A DNA stretch of 64,000 nucleotides from assembly GCF_023055435.1 (NCBI RefSeq), contig NW_025964223.1, forward strand, positions 39,804,001-39,868,000, given 5' to 3'. Position numbers and translations under genes: made by a program. The notes below the pieces were generated by a model that saw only the letters and a program-made list of their open reading frames with translations, made no database searches and was not told the DNA's origin. Source of the DNA: Haliotis rufescens. Its lineage: Eukaryota. This document shows, in pieces, positions 51,447 through 64,000 of the stretch. Position 1 is the first letter of the stretch. Each line of letters starts with the position of its first letter.

Positions 51447-53026
51447 CAGTGGGAGGTGAATACTGAACGGCCCTGGCGGGTGGGACCTTGGTCCACACTT
51501 GTTGAGTGGGAGGTGACCATGGTACACACATGACGAGTGGGAGGTGACCATGGTACACACATGACGAGTGGGAGGTGACCATGGTACACACATGACGAGT
51601 CGGAGGTGACCATGGTACACACATGACGAGTCGGAGGTGACCATGGTACACACATGACGAGTGGAAGGTGACCATGGTACACACTGGGCGTGTGGGAGGT
51701 GACCATGGTCCACACATGACGAGTGGGAGGTGACCATGGTACACACATGACGAGTGGGAGGTGAATACTGAACGGCCCTGGCGGGTGGGACCTTGGTCCA
51801 CACTTGACGAGTGGGAGGTGACCATGGTACACACATGACGAGTGGGAGGTGACCATGGTACACACATGGCGAGTGGAAGGTGACCATGGTACACATGGCG
51901 AGTGGGAGGTGACCATGGTACACATGACGAGTGGGAGGTGACCATGGTACACATGGCGAGTGGGAGGTGACCATGGTACACACATGACGAGTGGGAGGTG
52001 ACCATGGTACACATGAGGCGAGTGGGGGTGACCCTGGTAAACACAGGTCGAATGGGAGGTGACCATGGTACACATGGGGCGACTGGGGGGTGACCATGGT
52101 ACACACATGACGAGTGGGAGGTGACCATGGTACACACTGGATGAGTGGGAGGTGACCATGGTACACACATGACGAGTGGGAGGTGACCATGGTACACATG
52201 GGGCGACTGGGGGGTGACCATGGTACACACTGGGAGAGTGGGAGGTGACCATGGTACACAATGGGCGAGTGGGAGGTGACCATAGTACACACTGGGCGAG
52301 TGGAAGGTGACCATGGTACACACTGGGAGAGTGGGAGGTGACCATGGTACACAATGGGCGAGTGGGAGGTGACCATAGTACACACTGGGCGAGTGGAAGG
52401 TGACCATGGTACACACTGGGAGAGTGGGAGGTGACCATGGTACACAATGGGCGAGTGTGAGCTAGGTGACTATTGTACACACATGTCGAGTGGGAGGTGA
52501 CCTTAGTACACACATGTCGGGTGGGAGGTGACCATGGTACACACTTGGCGAGTGGAAGGTGACCATGGTACACACTGGGCGAGTGGGAGGTGATATGGTA
52601 CACACTGGGCGAGTGGGAGGTGACCATGGTACACACATGGCGAGTGGTAGGTGAGCATGGTACACACTGGGCGAGTGGGAGGTGATATGGTACACACTGG
52701 GCGAGTGGGAGGTGACCTTGGTAAACACTGGGCGAGTGGTAGGTGAGCATGGTACACACTGGGCGAGTGGGAGGTGATATGGTACACACTGGGCGAGTGG
52801 GAGGTGACCATGGTACACACATGGCGAGTGGTAGGTGAGCATGGTACACACTGGGCGAGTGGGAGGTGATATGGTACACACTGGGCGAGTGGGAGGTGAC
52901 CATGGTACACACATGGCGAGTGGTAGGTGAGCATGGTACACACTCGGCGAGTGGGAGGTGAGCATGGTACACATATGACGAGTGGGAGGTGAGCATGGTC
53001 CACACTGGGCGAGTGGGAGGTAACCA
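51447..53026. repeat. 29-31-bp minisatellite (GAGTGGGAGGTGACCATGGTACACACATGAC)n, ~50 copies, intron 1
   Basis: Direct periodicity with higher-order blocks. Confidence 0.96.
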
Positions 53027-54564
53027 TTGAACCGTCATTGCGAGTTGGAAGTGGAATGATCATTAATCCTTTTCTATTCAAGTATTTAATTTTAAATCGC
53101 ACTTTAATTAACCGTGTGAATTTTGTATTTATGAGTATGGAGGCGGGGATTCAAACTAACAACATTAGACACAATAGTTCGAGTGTTCTAATCTGTCTGA
53201 ACAACGGGTCATATCCATACAACATATTAAGATGTAAATTGCTTTTTACAACATCGTGTACATCAGATCGTCATATGTTAAATAGGTCTTTGGTGACTTG
53301 GGTTATTAAGCGCTTGTCTTAGGGAAGTGTGATTTTGCATTGTTTGCCAAAGTTGATGGGTCTGTATGAACTATAAAACAACGGCTACCAAATTTTTTTC
53401 GTTCAATGTAGGTGCAATGTGTAGCAGAGCCATGTGGCTGAAGCATACGTGTATATATCCCCATTCAAAAACAGATATGCTCTCCGTTTTTATGTAAGTA
53501 CATATTCAACAAAATATAAAAATAGTTTGCATGTCGCTGTGCTTGAAGAGTACACTACACTTCGCCTTTCGAATCCCGCTCTCAACACACACGTTTTAAT
53601 CGTATTAATCTGAATCAATTTGAACCAGGAAATCTCACTGACAAATGCAGATTGGACACGGTTTTAGACATACATCCCCAGTGTAAGACTAGCTAATCAT
53701 CTGATATTTGTCTAAGTGTTCAATGATATGGGCCCGCCGTCATATTGCTGGGATATTGCTAAAAGCGGCGTTAATCCATACTCACTCACTCACTCAATGA
53801 TATGGGTTACTATATTAGCTAAAGAAGTAACCACAATAAATGTTGTTTCAGAAAATGAGAACATTGCTCTCGATATAAACTTAATCTGATTAGACTTAAT
53901 ATCTTCGTTAGATAGATCCTATCGCATAGCTGACATTGAACGTGGCAGTCTTGTTACTTTTATATTAGGGCAAAGAGATCGATGAAAACACGGATTTGAA
54001 CCCTTACATCAGAACGATGTGTGAAGCTCACTATTTGTGATATTGGTGGAATATTGCACAAAGAAAGGCATACCATCATACTAAGACGCTTTCTATCCTA
54101 CGAGACAAAAGGATCAACTGCAAAATGTCTACCTCGGTATCAGTGGAGAATATGAGTGTACAATAGTAACTACACTGGTAGATTAACTTAAAATACGTGA
54201 GATGGATAGTCTTTTCTCAGTGTGTACGTATGACCAGATTTATTATATGACTAAGCTTTATTAAGTGAAGGGTTGAACTATCCGTGTTATAACGAGAATG
54301 TGGGCTCCACTGCCTATGAGATTTATTCATCCACTTTGCCAGTCCAACATAATGCCAACAATTAGAATTCCTTTCATTCTTCTTCATCACTTATGTCACA
54401 TGTGCTCGATGATTGAAATGTCAGTAATAAATACTTTCCAGTTACATGCGCTCACCGATTGAACCACCATTCCTCCTGCTTGGCACATCTATACTACAGA
54501 TGACAAATTACTAGTACATGACAACAATTTGATCGTTATTAACATACATGCCCAATACGACCTT

Positions 54565-55680
54565 CATTATTACTGTGTAGAGATTAAATGAAAAAAATGC
54601 AGCAAAGAGGGTTTAGGTGATCCTGGCACAGTCAGGCAGCCCCGACAGCAAATGGGACTTCTCCGAGGAAGCGCTGCCTAGTCACACCCACCCAGAACTT
54701 TTCGGAGAATGTGAAGACTCCCCAACACTGCAGCCTTCTGCATTACCCAGATTGTCAGAAGGGCTGTTTTTCTGGTAGCAAACCCGGGTACTCTTCCAAT
54801 GTCAGTCAACAGATTGGGAGGTACCAAGCCTAAGGCTACGAGAACAATAGGGAGTCGGACAACATGGTGCTTGGGATGCAAGCGTGACATTTCGAAAGCG
54901 AGGTCTGCATATTTGCCATGTTTTTCCTCAATCTTATCAATCACATCAGTGTCAAAGGGGACAGAAAACCCAATTATATAAATGATTTCATTGGATTTAT
55001 CAAAAAGGACAAGATCAGGTTTGTTGGCCTGGATATGTCTGAGGCTGTAAATGGGCCTATTCCAAAGAATTTTGTATTTATCATTTTCCATGACACCCTC
55101 TACATATTCTGGGTCGTACCATGGATGGACCTCTGTGTCAAAACATAAAAGGATCGAGCCACCCCATCATGTCGCTTAAGACACTGTGTCTGTGCCTAAG
55201 CTGGGCATCCACTCACAATGTGTTTGACAGTCTCATTACATTCATTACATAATCTACGTGTCATATTCATATTTTGATGCAAAATCACACATTGACGGTT
55301 TCGAGTGTGAAGTGCCTGGTCCTGAGTAGCAAACAGAAAGCCTTCTGTTTCACTTTTCAGGCCAGACGACTTCATCCAAGTGAAGGACTCTGTAGGATTG
55401 TTGATCTTCTCAACACACTGCACATAAACTCGATGCAGTGGTCGTGGCCTCTCCTTGAAAAACTGAGTCTGGGCCGATTTGAAATGGCACTTCGCTTGGT
55501 TGACACTCATTTCTGTGCTGTCCAGTAATACAGAACCATCAACAAAATCAACACCGACATTGAGATTATGTCCCACATCTTTGGCTCGTTTAAGAAAACT
55601 GTGGAATACCTTGTTTTCATCATGAGTATTGACATGCTTCACAAGAAGATCATCAGACAAATAAATGTGTGCAAAAGTGC
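54565..55680 (-). mobile_element. 5'-truncated R4/Dong-like non-LTR retrotransposon (zinc knuckle + RLE), intron 1, sense to gene B
   Basis: KSETEGFLFATQDQ, RLCNECNETVKHIVSGC, RHD, KILWN..NKPDLVLFDK..FSVPFD..K..KY; the 5' end abuts (AAT)n. Confidence 0.9.
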
Positions 55681-55717
55681 TATTATTATTATTATTATTA
55701 CTATACATCGCACCTAC

Positions 55718-55930
55718 CTTTGAATTATTCCATATTAGGTTCAGCTTATATCCCGGAAGGACATCCTCCCGCTCGTTAATCTGTTCCAGGCCAATCTGGA
55801 CAGCGTTCAACAACGCCACCCCTCCGGGCCATGCCCCCTCGAAGGGGAAAAGTCCAAGAATATATAAGTCAATTTGGCAAAAGCACTTCGTCAGCATGAC
55901 GAAAATGGCAGATACAAACAGCAAAAACAT
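55718..55930 (-). CDS. Gene B exon 1 (signal peptide + VFT start)
   Basis: ATG...AAG|gtaggt, 213 nt: MFLLFVSAIFVMLTKCFCQIDLYILGLFPFEGAWPGGVALLNAVQIGLEQINEREDVLPGYKLNLIWNNSK (W.GG and IN...D.LP.Y.L motifs). Exons 1-16 sum to 2328 nt. Confidence 0.94.
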
Positions 55931-57794
55931 ACTGAAAATTTAACTCGTCGTCCAGTACAGAAACAATATGTCAGCTCCTTGACAAATTATCACAGTACCA
56001 TTGGGACTTCGTTTGCATCATATGCTTCGATGTTTTCACTGGTTCCAAAGAGTTTCCCCATAACCGGCTGTGGACTGCACACCTTAATCCACAAGGTACA
56101 GTCTATTGGTAAAAAGAATATATTCCATGCTAGGTGGTCAAACCATTCTTGTGCAGTATTTTAGCAATTTCAGTGAAAGGTCTTCAAAAATCACGACAGC
56201 ATGGCGTTTTTAACTCGCAACAAAAATACAGGAACAGGCACGACTCGGCAGTTTGAAATATATTTGACGAAAATGATAAACATCGTGAAAATATTTTATG
56301 AGAATCAGTCTCACCAGCACTCCACATCAACGATTATCCTAACCATTCACTCAATATAGTTAGGACAGTGTGCCATTCGCTCTCGCAACTCCATCTTAAC
56401 AACCCACATCGGTTTGAGTGGAACTGACAGTCTTTATCCTACATAAACATGAGATTTAACTCCAGAGCACATGTCTCTTGCCATTCGCCCGACTCCGCTC
56501 TCCAAGAGCCAATGGTGCCACTCGAAGGCATACTCATTGATTTATCTCCCAACTCCGGCTGTCGTTGAGACTGGCGTCATTGGTCAGTGAACAGGTGGAG
56601 AGACAGACTGAGTACCTGGTCAAAACCCGTTAGTCCCGTTAATCTGTTACATGATGTTGAAGATCAAGGCGAATGAGTATGGGTTGTGGTATTGGTAAAT
56701 CCGAAGTTGAGCTTCATGAAATTGCGTGATCTACCCATCGGTTACAAGGTCTTTAATAATCCATTACAACTGGCAGAGATTTTGAAATGTACGTCCAGAT
56801 TCATCCTCAGAAATAATCAGCCGTGATAGAAACGACGTAGCGAGGAATGAGTTCTGTGTGGCTGACATATAGTTATTTCCGTTATGAATGATAATTACAA
56901 CTGTATAAGGACGACTGTATTGAGTTTGATATGCTATTGCAAACTCGTTACTTCAAACAAGAGCCGATCTCTATGCACATGTGTCGATGGAGGAGACTGC
57001 AGGGAAGAGACAATGACATGTATTTGGCTAATGGTTAGCTCCTCGTCCCACAAAAAACGTCCAGGGTTATACCACACGAGGGCTTCACTTCAGTAGTCAT
57101 CAAACATGAATTAACATGAAGAAGTAGTTCATTCTTCTTGCCACGGAAGCACTCCCTTTGATATCGAGGTTGCTTTTGATGTTATTGATTGGGCCATTCA
57201 TAGTGACTATATACATTTTACAATTTCTCACGTAAATAATTATTCTAGAATATGAATGGTAGATCTAAATTATGGTTATAAATGGAGTTCATTTGGAAAC
57301 CCTATCTTTAAATAAATAAAGTTCAAGGACATTTTGAGAGCGCCCAGTCGACTCTTTCAAGGAACATGTAGAACGGTAAGCCGGTTAAGTATAGGAGTGA
57401 CTTGAGGTGAGGTGAAATGGGGTTTAACGTGTTCAAGATTATTGCACTTCTACAGCGACGTGCATGTACGTGTGTTTGCGTGTATCTGCTTATAATAGTA
57501 CGGACTAACGCCAAACAGGGTAACAACAAGTAACGTCTTTTAACGTCTTTTTGTATGACGCGACCACGGGATGGAAGTACCGCTCTTCAGCTCTTGTGCC
57601 AGACGCCCTAGCCACTAGGCCACGGAGACGGCCCGGTTTACTATTGATGTCCGTGTACAAGGGATCGGCAGTAGAAGCAATGACACAAGTCGAAGTAGTA
57701 ATAATCTACACAAGGAGTGTTGTTGCAGCTGCAGTCTCTAATAATAATAATAATGATGATGATGATGATGATGATGATAGTAATAATAATAATA

Positions 57795-58586
57795 AAAATT
57801 ACTCCACAATGCCCATATCAAGGGCAAATTTTGGGCAGAGTACAAGTGTAGACTTACGAAAATCTGGAATTCAGAGCTAAACGCTCGCAATAAAGTAAAA
57901 TCCACAAATATTTATGCTGTACCCGTCCTTTCATGTTCTTTTGGTGTTGTTGATTGGACAAAACAAGAAATTCAGGGCATTGACACCCTCACACGAAGAG
58001 TCATGTCAGACAATAGATCCCAACATCGCTCTTCCCTCAATCGCATATATTTACCAATCATGATGGGAGGGCGTGGTTTGATTAACGTTGGGGCTGTTCA
58101 TGATAAAATTGTTTTGTGCACTTTTGCACACATTTTTCTTCTGATGATCCTCTAGTGAAGCATGTCAATACTCATGATGAAAACAAGGTATTCCACAGTT
58201 TTCCTAAACGAGCCAAGGCTGTGGGACATAATCTCAATGTCGGTGTTGATTTTGTTGATGGTTCTGTACTGCTGGATAGTACAGAAATGAGTGTCAACCA
58301 AGCGAAGTGCCATATCAAGTCGGCCCAGACTCAGTTTTTCAAGGAGAGGCTATCTAAACGACCACTGCATCGAGTTTATGTGCAGTGTGTTGAGAAGATC
58401 CGCAACCCTGTAGAATCCTTCGCTTGGCTTTCTGTTCGCTGCTCAGGACCAGTCACTTCCCATTCGAAACCGCCAATGTGTGATTTTGCATCAAAATGTA
58501 AAATATGAAATGTAGATTATGCAATGCATTTAATGAGACTGTCAAACACATTGTCAGTGTGTGCCCAGCTTTGGCACAAACACAGT
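57795..58586 (+). mobile_element. R4/Dong-like retrotransposon fragment (RT C-terminal part to zinc knuckle)
   Basis: IYAVPVLSCSFGVVDW...GGRGL; 58117-58585 is highly similar to the reverse complement of 55185-55680; the 5' end abuts (TAA/TGA)n. Confidence 0.88.
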
Positions 58587-58947
58587 AATACATTATCTGT
58601 CTTAATGAGGTTGAATTCAAGTGAGTACTCAAGATTGCGCATTATGTAATGTTATAGATAATACAATAGTGGTGAGTACATGTAGAACGTAAGCCGTAAG
58701 GTCATATCGCGTTAATACCTGAGGTAGCTACATACACATTAGACATAATCACCAAATACACAATGTCATCTTCATAACTGCGTATGGCATAAGCGCGAAC
58801 GCTTTACAAAAGGTCGATGGACTCTAGGGCTGTTTTCGAATATAAGGTGAAACTAGGAACATGATTGTGCTCAATTTCAGAAACGTGTTACAAATAGCCA
58901 GATGTTCGTGAAGAAGAAAACATTCATTCATGTATAAAATAATTCAA

Positions 58948-59927
58948 TTATTTCAGGCCATTTACTTTTGGTTTGAAAGTATTAATAAAATAACATTCTT
59001 TTATCTTTCTCAATGCATCATTGTCACATTTATAAAATGGGAATATCACAAAATTTGGTGTTTTATTCCCGGCACACTGATGAATGTGTTGACTGAGTGG
59101 GATACACCGACAAGAGTGGTCTCTTATTTGTTGTCGGTGAACCCACACTGTCGATCTTAGGGTGTCCCCTGTCTGTCCAATATATTCGGCCTTGCATCCA
59201 GCACATTGTATGACATAAATCAAGTTTTTTGAAGCACAATTCATATTTTCACGGACATAGAAAGTTGTTCCGTCTTTGAATGTAAGAGAACAACATTGTA
59301 AAACATGAGGGCAAGTACCACAATTTGGTCTGTTACGCTTCTGTACTGTTTTACATTCTTGTTTTCCATTTGAGAAAGAAGCCCTAGTAAGAATCTGTTT
59401 CAGATTTTGGCTCCGTCTTTTACTTTTAATAAGTTTATATTGTGATATGTTTTGTTCTAGTTCTTTACACTTATTTAAGGGATATAGTGTTTCCCGAACA
59501 CTTCCAAATATTTCCGGGTTTTGGGGATTAAAGGTTGTTACAAAAGGGAGAACTCTCTCGTTAGGTTTATCTTTAGGTTTTAAAAGATCACAACGGTTTT
59601 GTGATTTAGCCTTGTTTATTGCGTCTTCTACTATTTTTCTAGGGTAGTTTCTTTCTAATAGTGACTCCCTCAGTTCATCGAGTCTATATTGTGCATGATC
59701 TGAATTAGATACTATCGCGCAGATTCTACGTGCTAATGAGTAAGGAACACTGTTTTTAGTATGACGGGGGTGACAGGAATTGTAATTGAGGTATTGCTTG
59801 GAATCGGTTGGTTTGTAATATACATCTGTTTCAATGTTACTGTTTGAAATTGTAACCATTACATCTAGAAACGATAGATTGTTATCGCTTATCTCCAAAG
59901 TAAAGATTAAACTTGGATGGAGTGTAT
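58948..59927 (-). mobile_element. Penelope-like element, 5'-truncated (RT thumb + GIY-YIG endonuclease)
   Basis: HPSLIFTLE, LSFLDV, VYYKPTDS..YL...SCHP.H.K, CGTC, NLIYVIQC..C...YIGQTG. Confidence 0.93.
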
Positions 59928-60241
59928 GTATGTTTTACATGGCATGTCATGGGGTACTGTTGTACGGCATCGGGCAACTCACAAAGCCTTTTTTATGCAA
60001 ATTGTGTGAGAAGCGGGTTCCACCGGTAAGTCAGGAGATTTCCAGGCTTTTCCAGATATCAAGGCTATTTTATCCCATCCGCCTACTATGAACTCATTAA
60101 GCAATAGTCACCCCACCTATATATATACTTATCCTGTTAAATTGGCTTCCCCATCATATGTTCTCTGTCCATCATGTGTTCTCTGTCCATCATATTGTTA
60201 CAGTATTATCTCTCTGTTGTCATTACTTAACCTACTCATGT

Positions 60242-60303
<62 letters not shown>

Positions 60304-60354
60304 TGTAACTGTTTATCCTTCACCTACTATATTTATTCTATACCATGTCCATCA

Positions 60355-60410
60355 TTCAGTCTTGCTTGACAACGGTATAAGGATCTATACCGAAACGTCG
60401 CCTTGACAGT
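60355..60410 (+). ncRNA. Putative minimal hammerhead-like ribozyme (Penelope-associated variant)
   Basis: CTTGACAAC-GGTATA(AGGATC)TATACC-GAAACGTC: stem II, GAAA box, palindromic stem III ACGT, GUC site; non-canonical core. Confidence 0.55.
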
Positions 60411-62653
60411 AATGAAATAAGTTGTTATGCAAATATTGTGTCTACTTTGTGATCTGTCAACTTCTAAGTAATGCCTATCAAACAAGTCAGGATATGTTTA
60501 TCCTTTTTGCGAACACCTGGTGTCACCACTGATTTTCAGTGACCTATTCATGTAATGTTCGCCGCTATTTTGCTTTTTACTCCAAATATAAACTGTTCCG
60601 TCGGATAATCGAGACTTGTTATTCTCTTGCGTAGACATTTTCTAATAATGTAAACACACAGAACACCCAACATGTTTTACTGCCGATGTTCGAAACAAGC
60701 TTATTTCTTTACTTCGAAAAGCAAATTCAAACTTAACACAAATCGGCCTTGTTCGAATTGCTAAATAAACCACGAAGCCGAAGGACATTTAGAAATCTGT
60801 GTATATTTATTGCCTCATATTCCCACTCGAAAGCTAGGTTTAATATAAGATAGGCATATGTGACCACATACATTCACAAGCCTCTACCCAGCCACCCGTG
60901 ACGCACACTGCACGTTTTCTTTCAACACCCGACCTTGTTCATTCATCTGCTGACGATCAATAACACTGATTTGAAGAAAGCTAAATGTCAGTTAATCTTT
61001 TACACCTTTCAACACAACACAAAGCCACCCTTATAGAGTACGTAACCTGCATACCACATCGAAATTGAGGGACCGTATTATTCACAAAGGGAAGTAACTG
61101 AGGGGTATTCATAAATGCGTCATTCTTCTCTATGTCAATATAGGATTTCAAAGACGTTATACCTTCGCCTCATGTCTTTCTTTTGATTGAATCAAAACTG
61201 TCCCGACAACTATGTCATATCCTCAATGTATACCAAGTCGTGAAACTAGCGGATATATATAACAAGAACACAGCATGTTGGTGTAAAACAAGGATATGTG
61301 CTGGGCCCGGATGCGAGAAAATGTGGTGAATAAGTTATGTTATTACTCAGCCTACACCTGTCCAGTTGATTTGTGATTTCATTATTGGATGGATGTTACT
61401 ACCTAGTAAATCAGCGAGGTAAGTATACAGTGAACACTGTGACATAAATAAGGGGTAGGGCAAGGGTAGTTCCTACCTCTGTATCTATTTACGAACTATT
61501 GTCGAAAAAAGGCTCTAAAATTGATATCACGTTTCTACTGTGGCCTTGTAGCATCAAAAGTCAACATTAGTCACAACACGCCCGTAGATTGCTTTACTAG
61601 TCATGTGTTTCATACTGTGGTTATACTTCAGTGAACAGAACTTTTTTCTCACAGGACGTGTGTCACGCATGACTTTTAGTGAAGCAACGACACACTATGT
61701 AGGACCTAGTCGGCTTCTCATTGCCAAAGCATGTATCATAAACATTAAGCAGACCAGGAATATCTTAAATTTAACACATATTTGACGATGAATGTTTGTA
61801 TTCTCTTTTTCTGTATATGGGTCGAACAGATCTTATTTCCACTACTAGTATTTAGCAACCATATATATGAAATAAGTTTCCAACGTAATTTTAGTATTTT
61901 AAATGATTCGTAGTTTATCTTTATTGCGAAACTAGAAACACACTATGTGTGGAAACGTATTCGTAATAACGTAAGCCACACTCCAACATGTACACATCTG
62001 TCTTATATATTTTGACATATTTTGCGACCTACCCACATGTGCACCCATCTTATAAATAGTTTATGATATTCAGCCTACACAGCCAGGCACTCTGTTGGCT
62101 TTGTCCCAGTTCGCATAAGTGGCCACACCCATTAGTGACTTCGTCTTCTTCATTGTGAGAAGATTACATTACATCCAATAGCCTTGCCCACTAGACCACA
62201 AACGAGTTACTCAAAGGATAAATATATCCTATATAACTGTAGTCGTACATCGCGTTAAACACACGTTTACTTCGGTTTCCTGCGGAAAGCAGTGTTGTGT
62301 TGCTATTGATACAATGTCTTTAAAAATGTTTATATATAATTCATAGGTGTGGCAGAAGATATTCGGCATTTGTTATCTGTTCTTTTTGTTTTAATAAAGC
62401 AAGCTAATTCTGTCAACTAGAAAACAGAAACATAGGCGAGTGAGTATTGTTTAAGGCCGCTTTGAACAGTATTCCAGTTATATCACGACGTGTCAGCTTC
62501 ATGTTGGAGGAAAGTCCGTAGTGATACATGTTTCACACGTTTACTATTTTGGGTGAAGAATATTATGTCAAAAGTATATTAACTTATGATGTTTAGTAGG
62601 AACTCAAAACTGTAACAGGAAATAACTAACATCAAGTGCTCACTGTACATCTA

Positions 62654-62809
62654 CAGTAAACTACGGTTATAACGAAACACCACTGATTTTAATACGTTAT
62701 AACCGTAGTTCGTTATAAGTAAATGTACACCATCTGTACGGCACAAAGAAACAGTTCGTTATATCCGACAGTTCGTTATAAGCGTGTTCGTTATAAACGT
62801 AGTTTACTG
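62654..62809. mobile_element. Tc1/mariner (pogo/Tigger-like) MITE
   Basis: TA|CAGTAAACTACGGTTATAACGAA...TTCGTTATAAACGTAGTTTACTG|TA. Confidence 0.88.
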
Positions 62810-64000
62810 TATATGGATAACAGAGTTTGTAGTTAGAAGTGTTTGCACAATAAAACGCAAGCATGTAAGTACGTTAATGCCCTGTCAGCAAACACAGAAC
62901 AATCACGAAGACAACTGTGCTAAGCTCAAACATCAATCAATAAATCTAATAAATACGTATGCTGTTTCATATTGTAAACCGAATGAAAGTGTATGCGGCA
63001 ATCTGATTGGTTGAATAACGTTAAGGAGGCATTTGAAATCTGGAAATATTTTGCAAAATTAACTGCGTATGAATTTCTTTCCTGATTAGAATCAGATCGA
63101 GGATCAGGCAACGTTACTCTCAGCATTGCAACAAGAATACCTCATCCATTGTATTTTTGCGTTTGATAAATACTTGTGAGAAAGTTGCTGATTTAGCTGT
63201 TTTGGTTCTGTACTCTGCAAACAAGGCGGATTCTGTAGTGTTGGACACACACGGCTTCATCAGTCTATCGCGACGTTACAGTGTTCCAGATTGACGGGCT
63301 CATAGCTACTTAAATCTCTGCGTAGAATGAGAGTGAAACGGAAAACTACAGATAACTTTTCGTATTTACAATGTCGATATATAAACGGTATGTTTTTGGT
63401 TGATGTTGAGTATTCGATGCCCGGAAGTTTGAGAATAAACACCGCAAATCACATATGTTTATCTACTCGGCGTTTTAAGCGTTGGAGTACAGCTTAAATT
63501 CCGTTAATAACGTAAATACCTTATGTTTATAGTTGTCTTCAGACTTAAAGAAATAGCTGTGTACATTCCGCTGACGAAGATATATGTCAACATCATGGAA
63601 TAACGGTTCATTTCTGTCTTATATTTTTGTTTTTTATTCATATGTGGATACTTAGTAATGGGGAAATCCAGATTTATGCTTCAATGTATAAACTATTAAA
63701 AACCATCGATGCAATCATGTAAAGACAACACCTGCGAAGCTGTAAGTCAATATTGATACATTCGCAGTCGACACATTCAGAACGCAAGACAGGCGATGTA
63801 TTTAAATGTGTCTGTTTGAAGTGGGCATACCATTAAAAACTTCACATTCTGCAAATATTTACGATACATCTGAGGCAATAATAATAATAAAGTGTTGGAT
63901 GGAATAAAAACTTTGGCATTATTATAGGAAAAAGGTGGGGGCTCGGTACCACAGCTGAACTTTTTGTGAAAGATAAAAATATTGATTCTATCGAAAAAAA

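Noticed and set aside
51387-53102. Cys/His/Pro-rich ORFs up to 530 aa
   Set aside because: 29-31-bp minisatellite; the same peptide cycles through all frames.
13180-55930. Assigning the symbol GABBR1 or GABBR2
   Set aside because: Mixed features and a divergent ligand pocket; orthology needs a phylogeny.
55931-57400. Promoter and TSS of gene B
   Set aside because: No unambiguous core promoter element; an upstream non-coding exon cannot be excluded.

Overview
Repeat-rich animal genomic DNA; the SINE content suggests a mollusc such as a gastropod or abalone (inference). The window holds two convergent, tail-to-tail paralogous GABA-B-receptor-like class C GPCR genes. Gene B is complete: 16 exons on the minus strand (55930->13180), 2328 nt or 775 aa when spliced by hand, all junctions GT-AG and phase-compatible. 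Gene A is present only as its last four exons on the plus strand (1395->5082). Introns and intergenic DNA contain at least four SINE-like families, three R4/Dong-like RLE retrotransposon fragments, a Penelope-like fragment with a nearby hammerhead-like motif, a decayed Tc1 transposase, several MITEs and about ten tandem arrays. The most unusual feature is that several arrays are amplified copies of gene B's own splice junctions. These are a roughly 90-copy 33-bp array of the exon-14 donor (in frame), a roughly 58-copy 51/50-bp array of the exon-7 donor, a perfect 61-bp triplication of the exon-6 acceptor, and a chimeric exon9/exon10 pseudo-microexon. Gene B has also lost several canonical GABA-binding residues. 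Most long ORFs in the supplied track are artefacts of tandem repeats.
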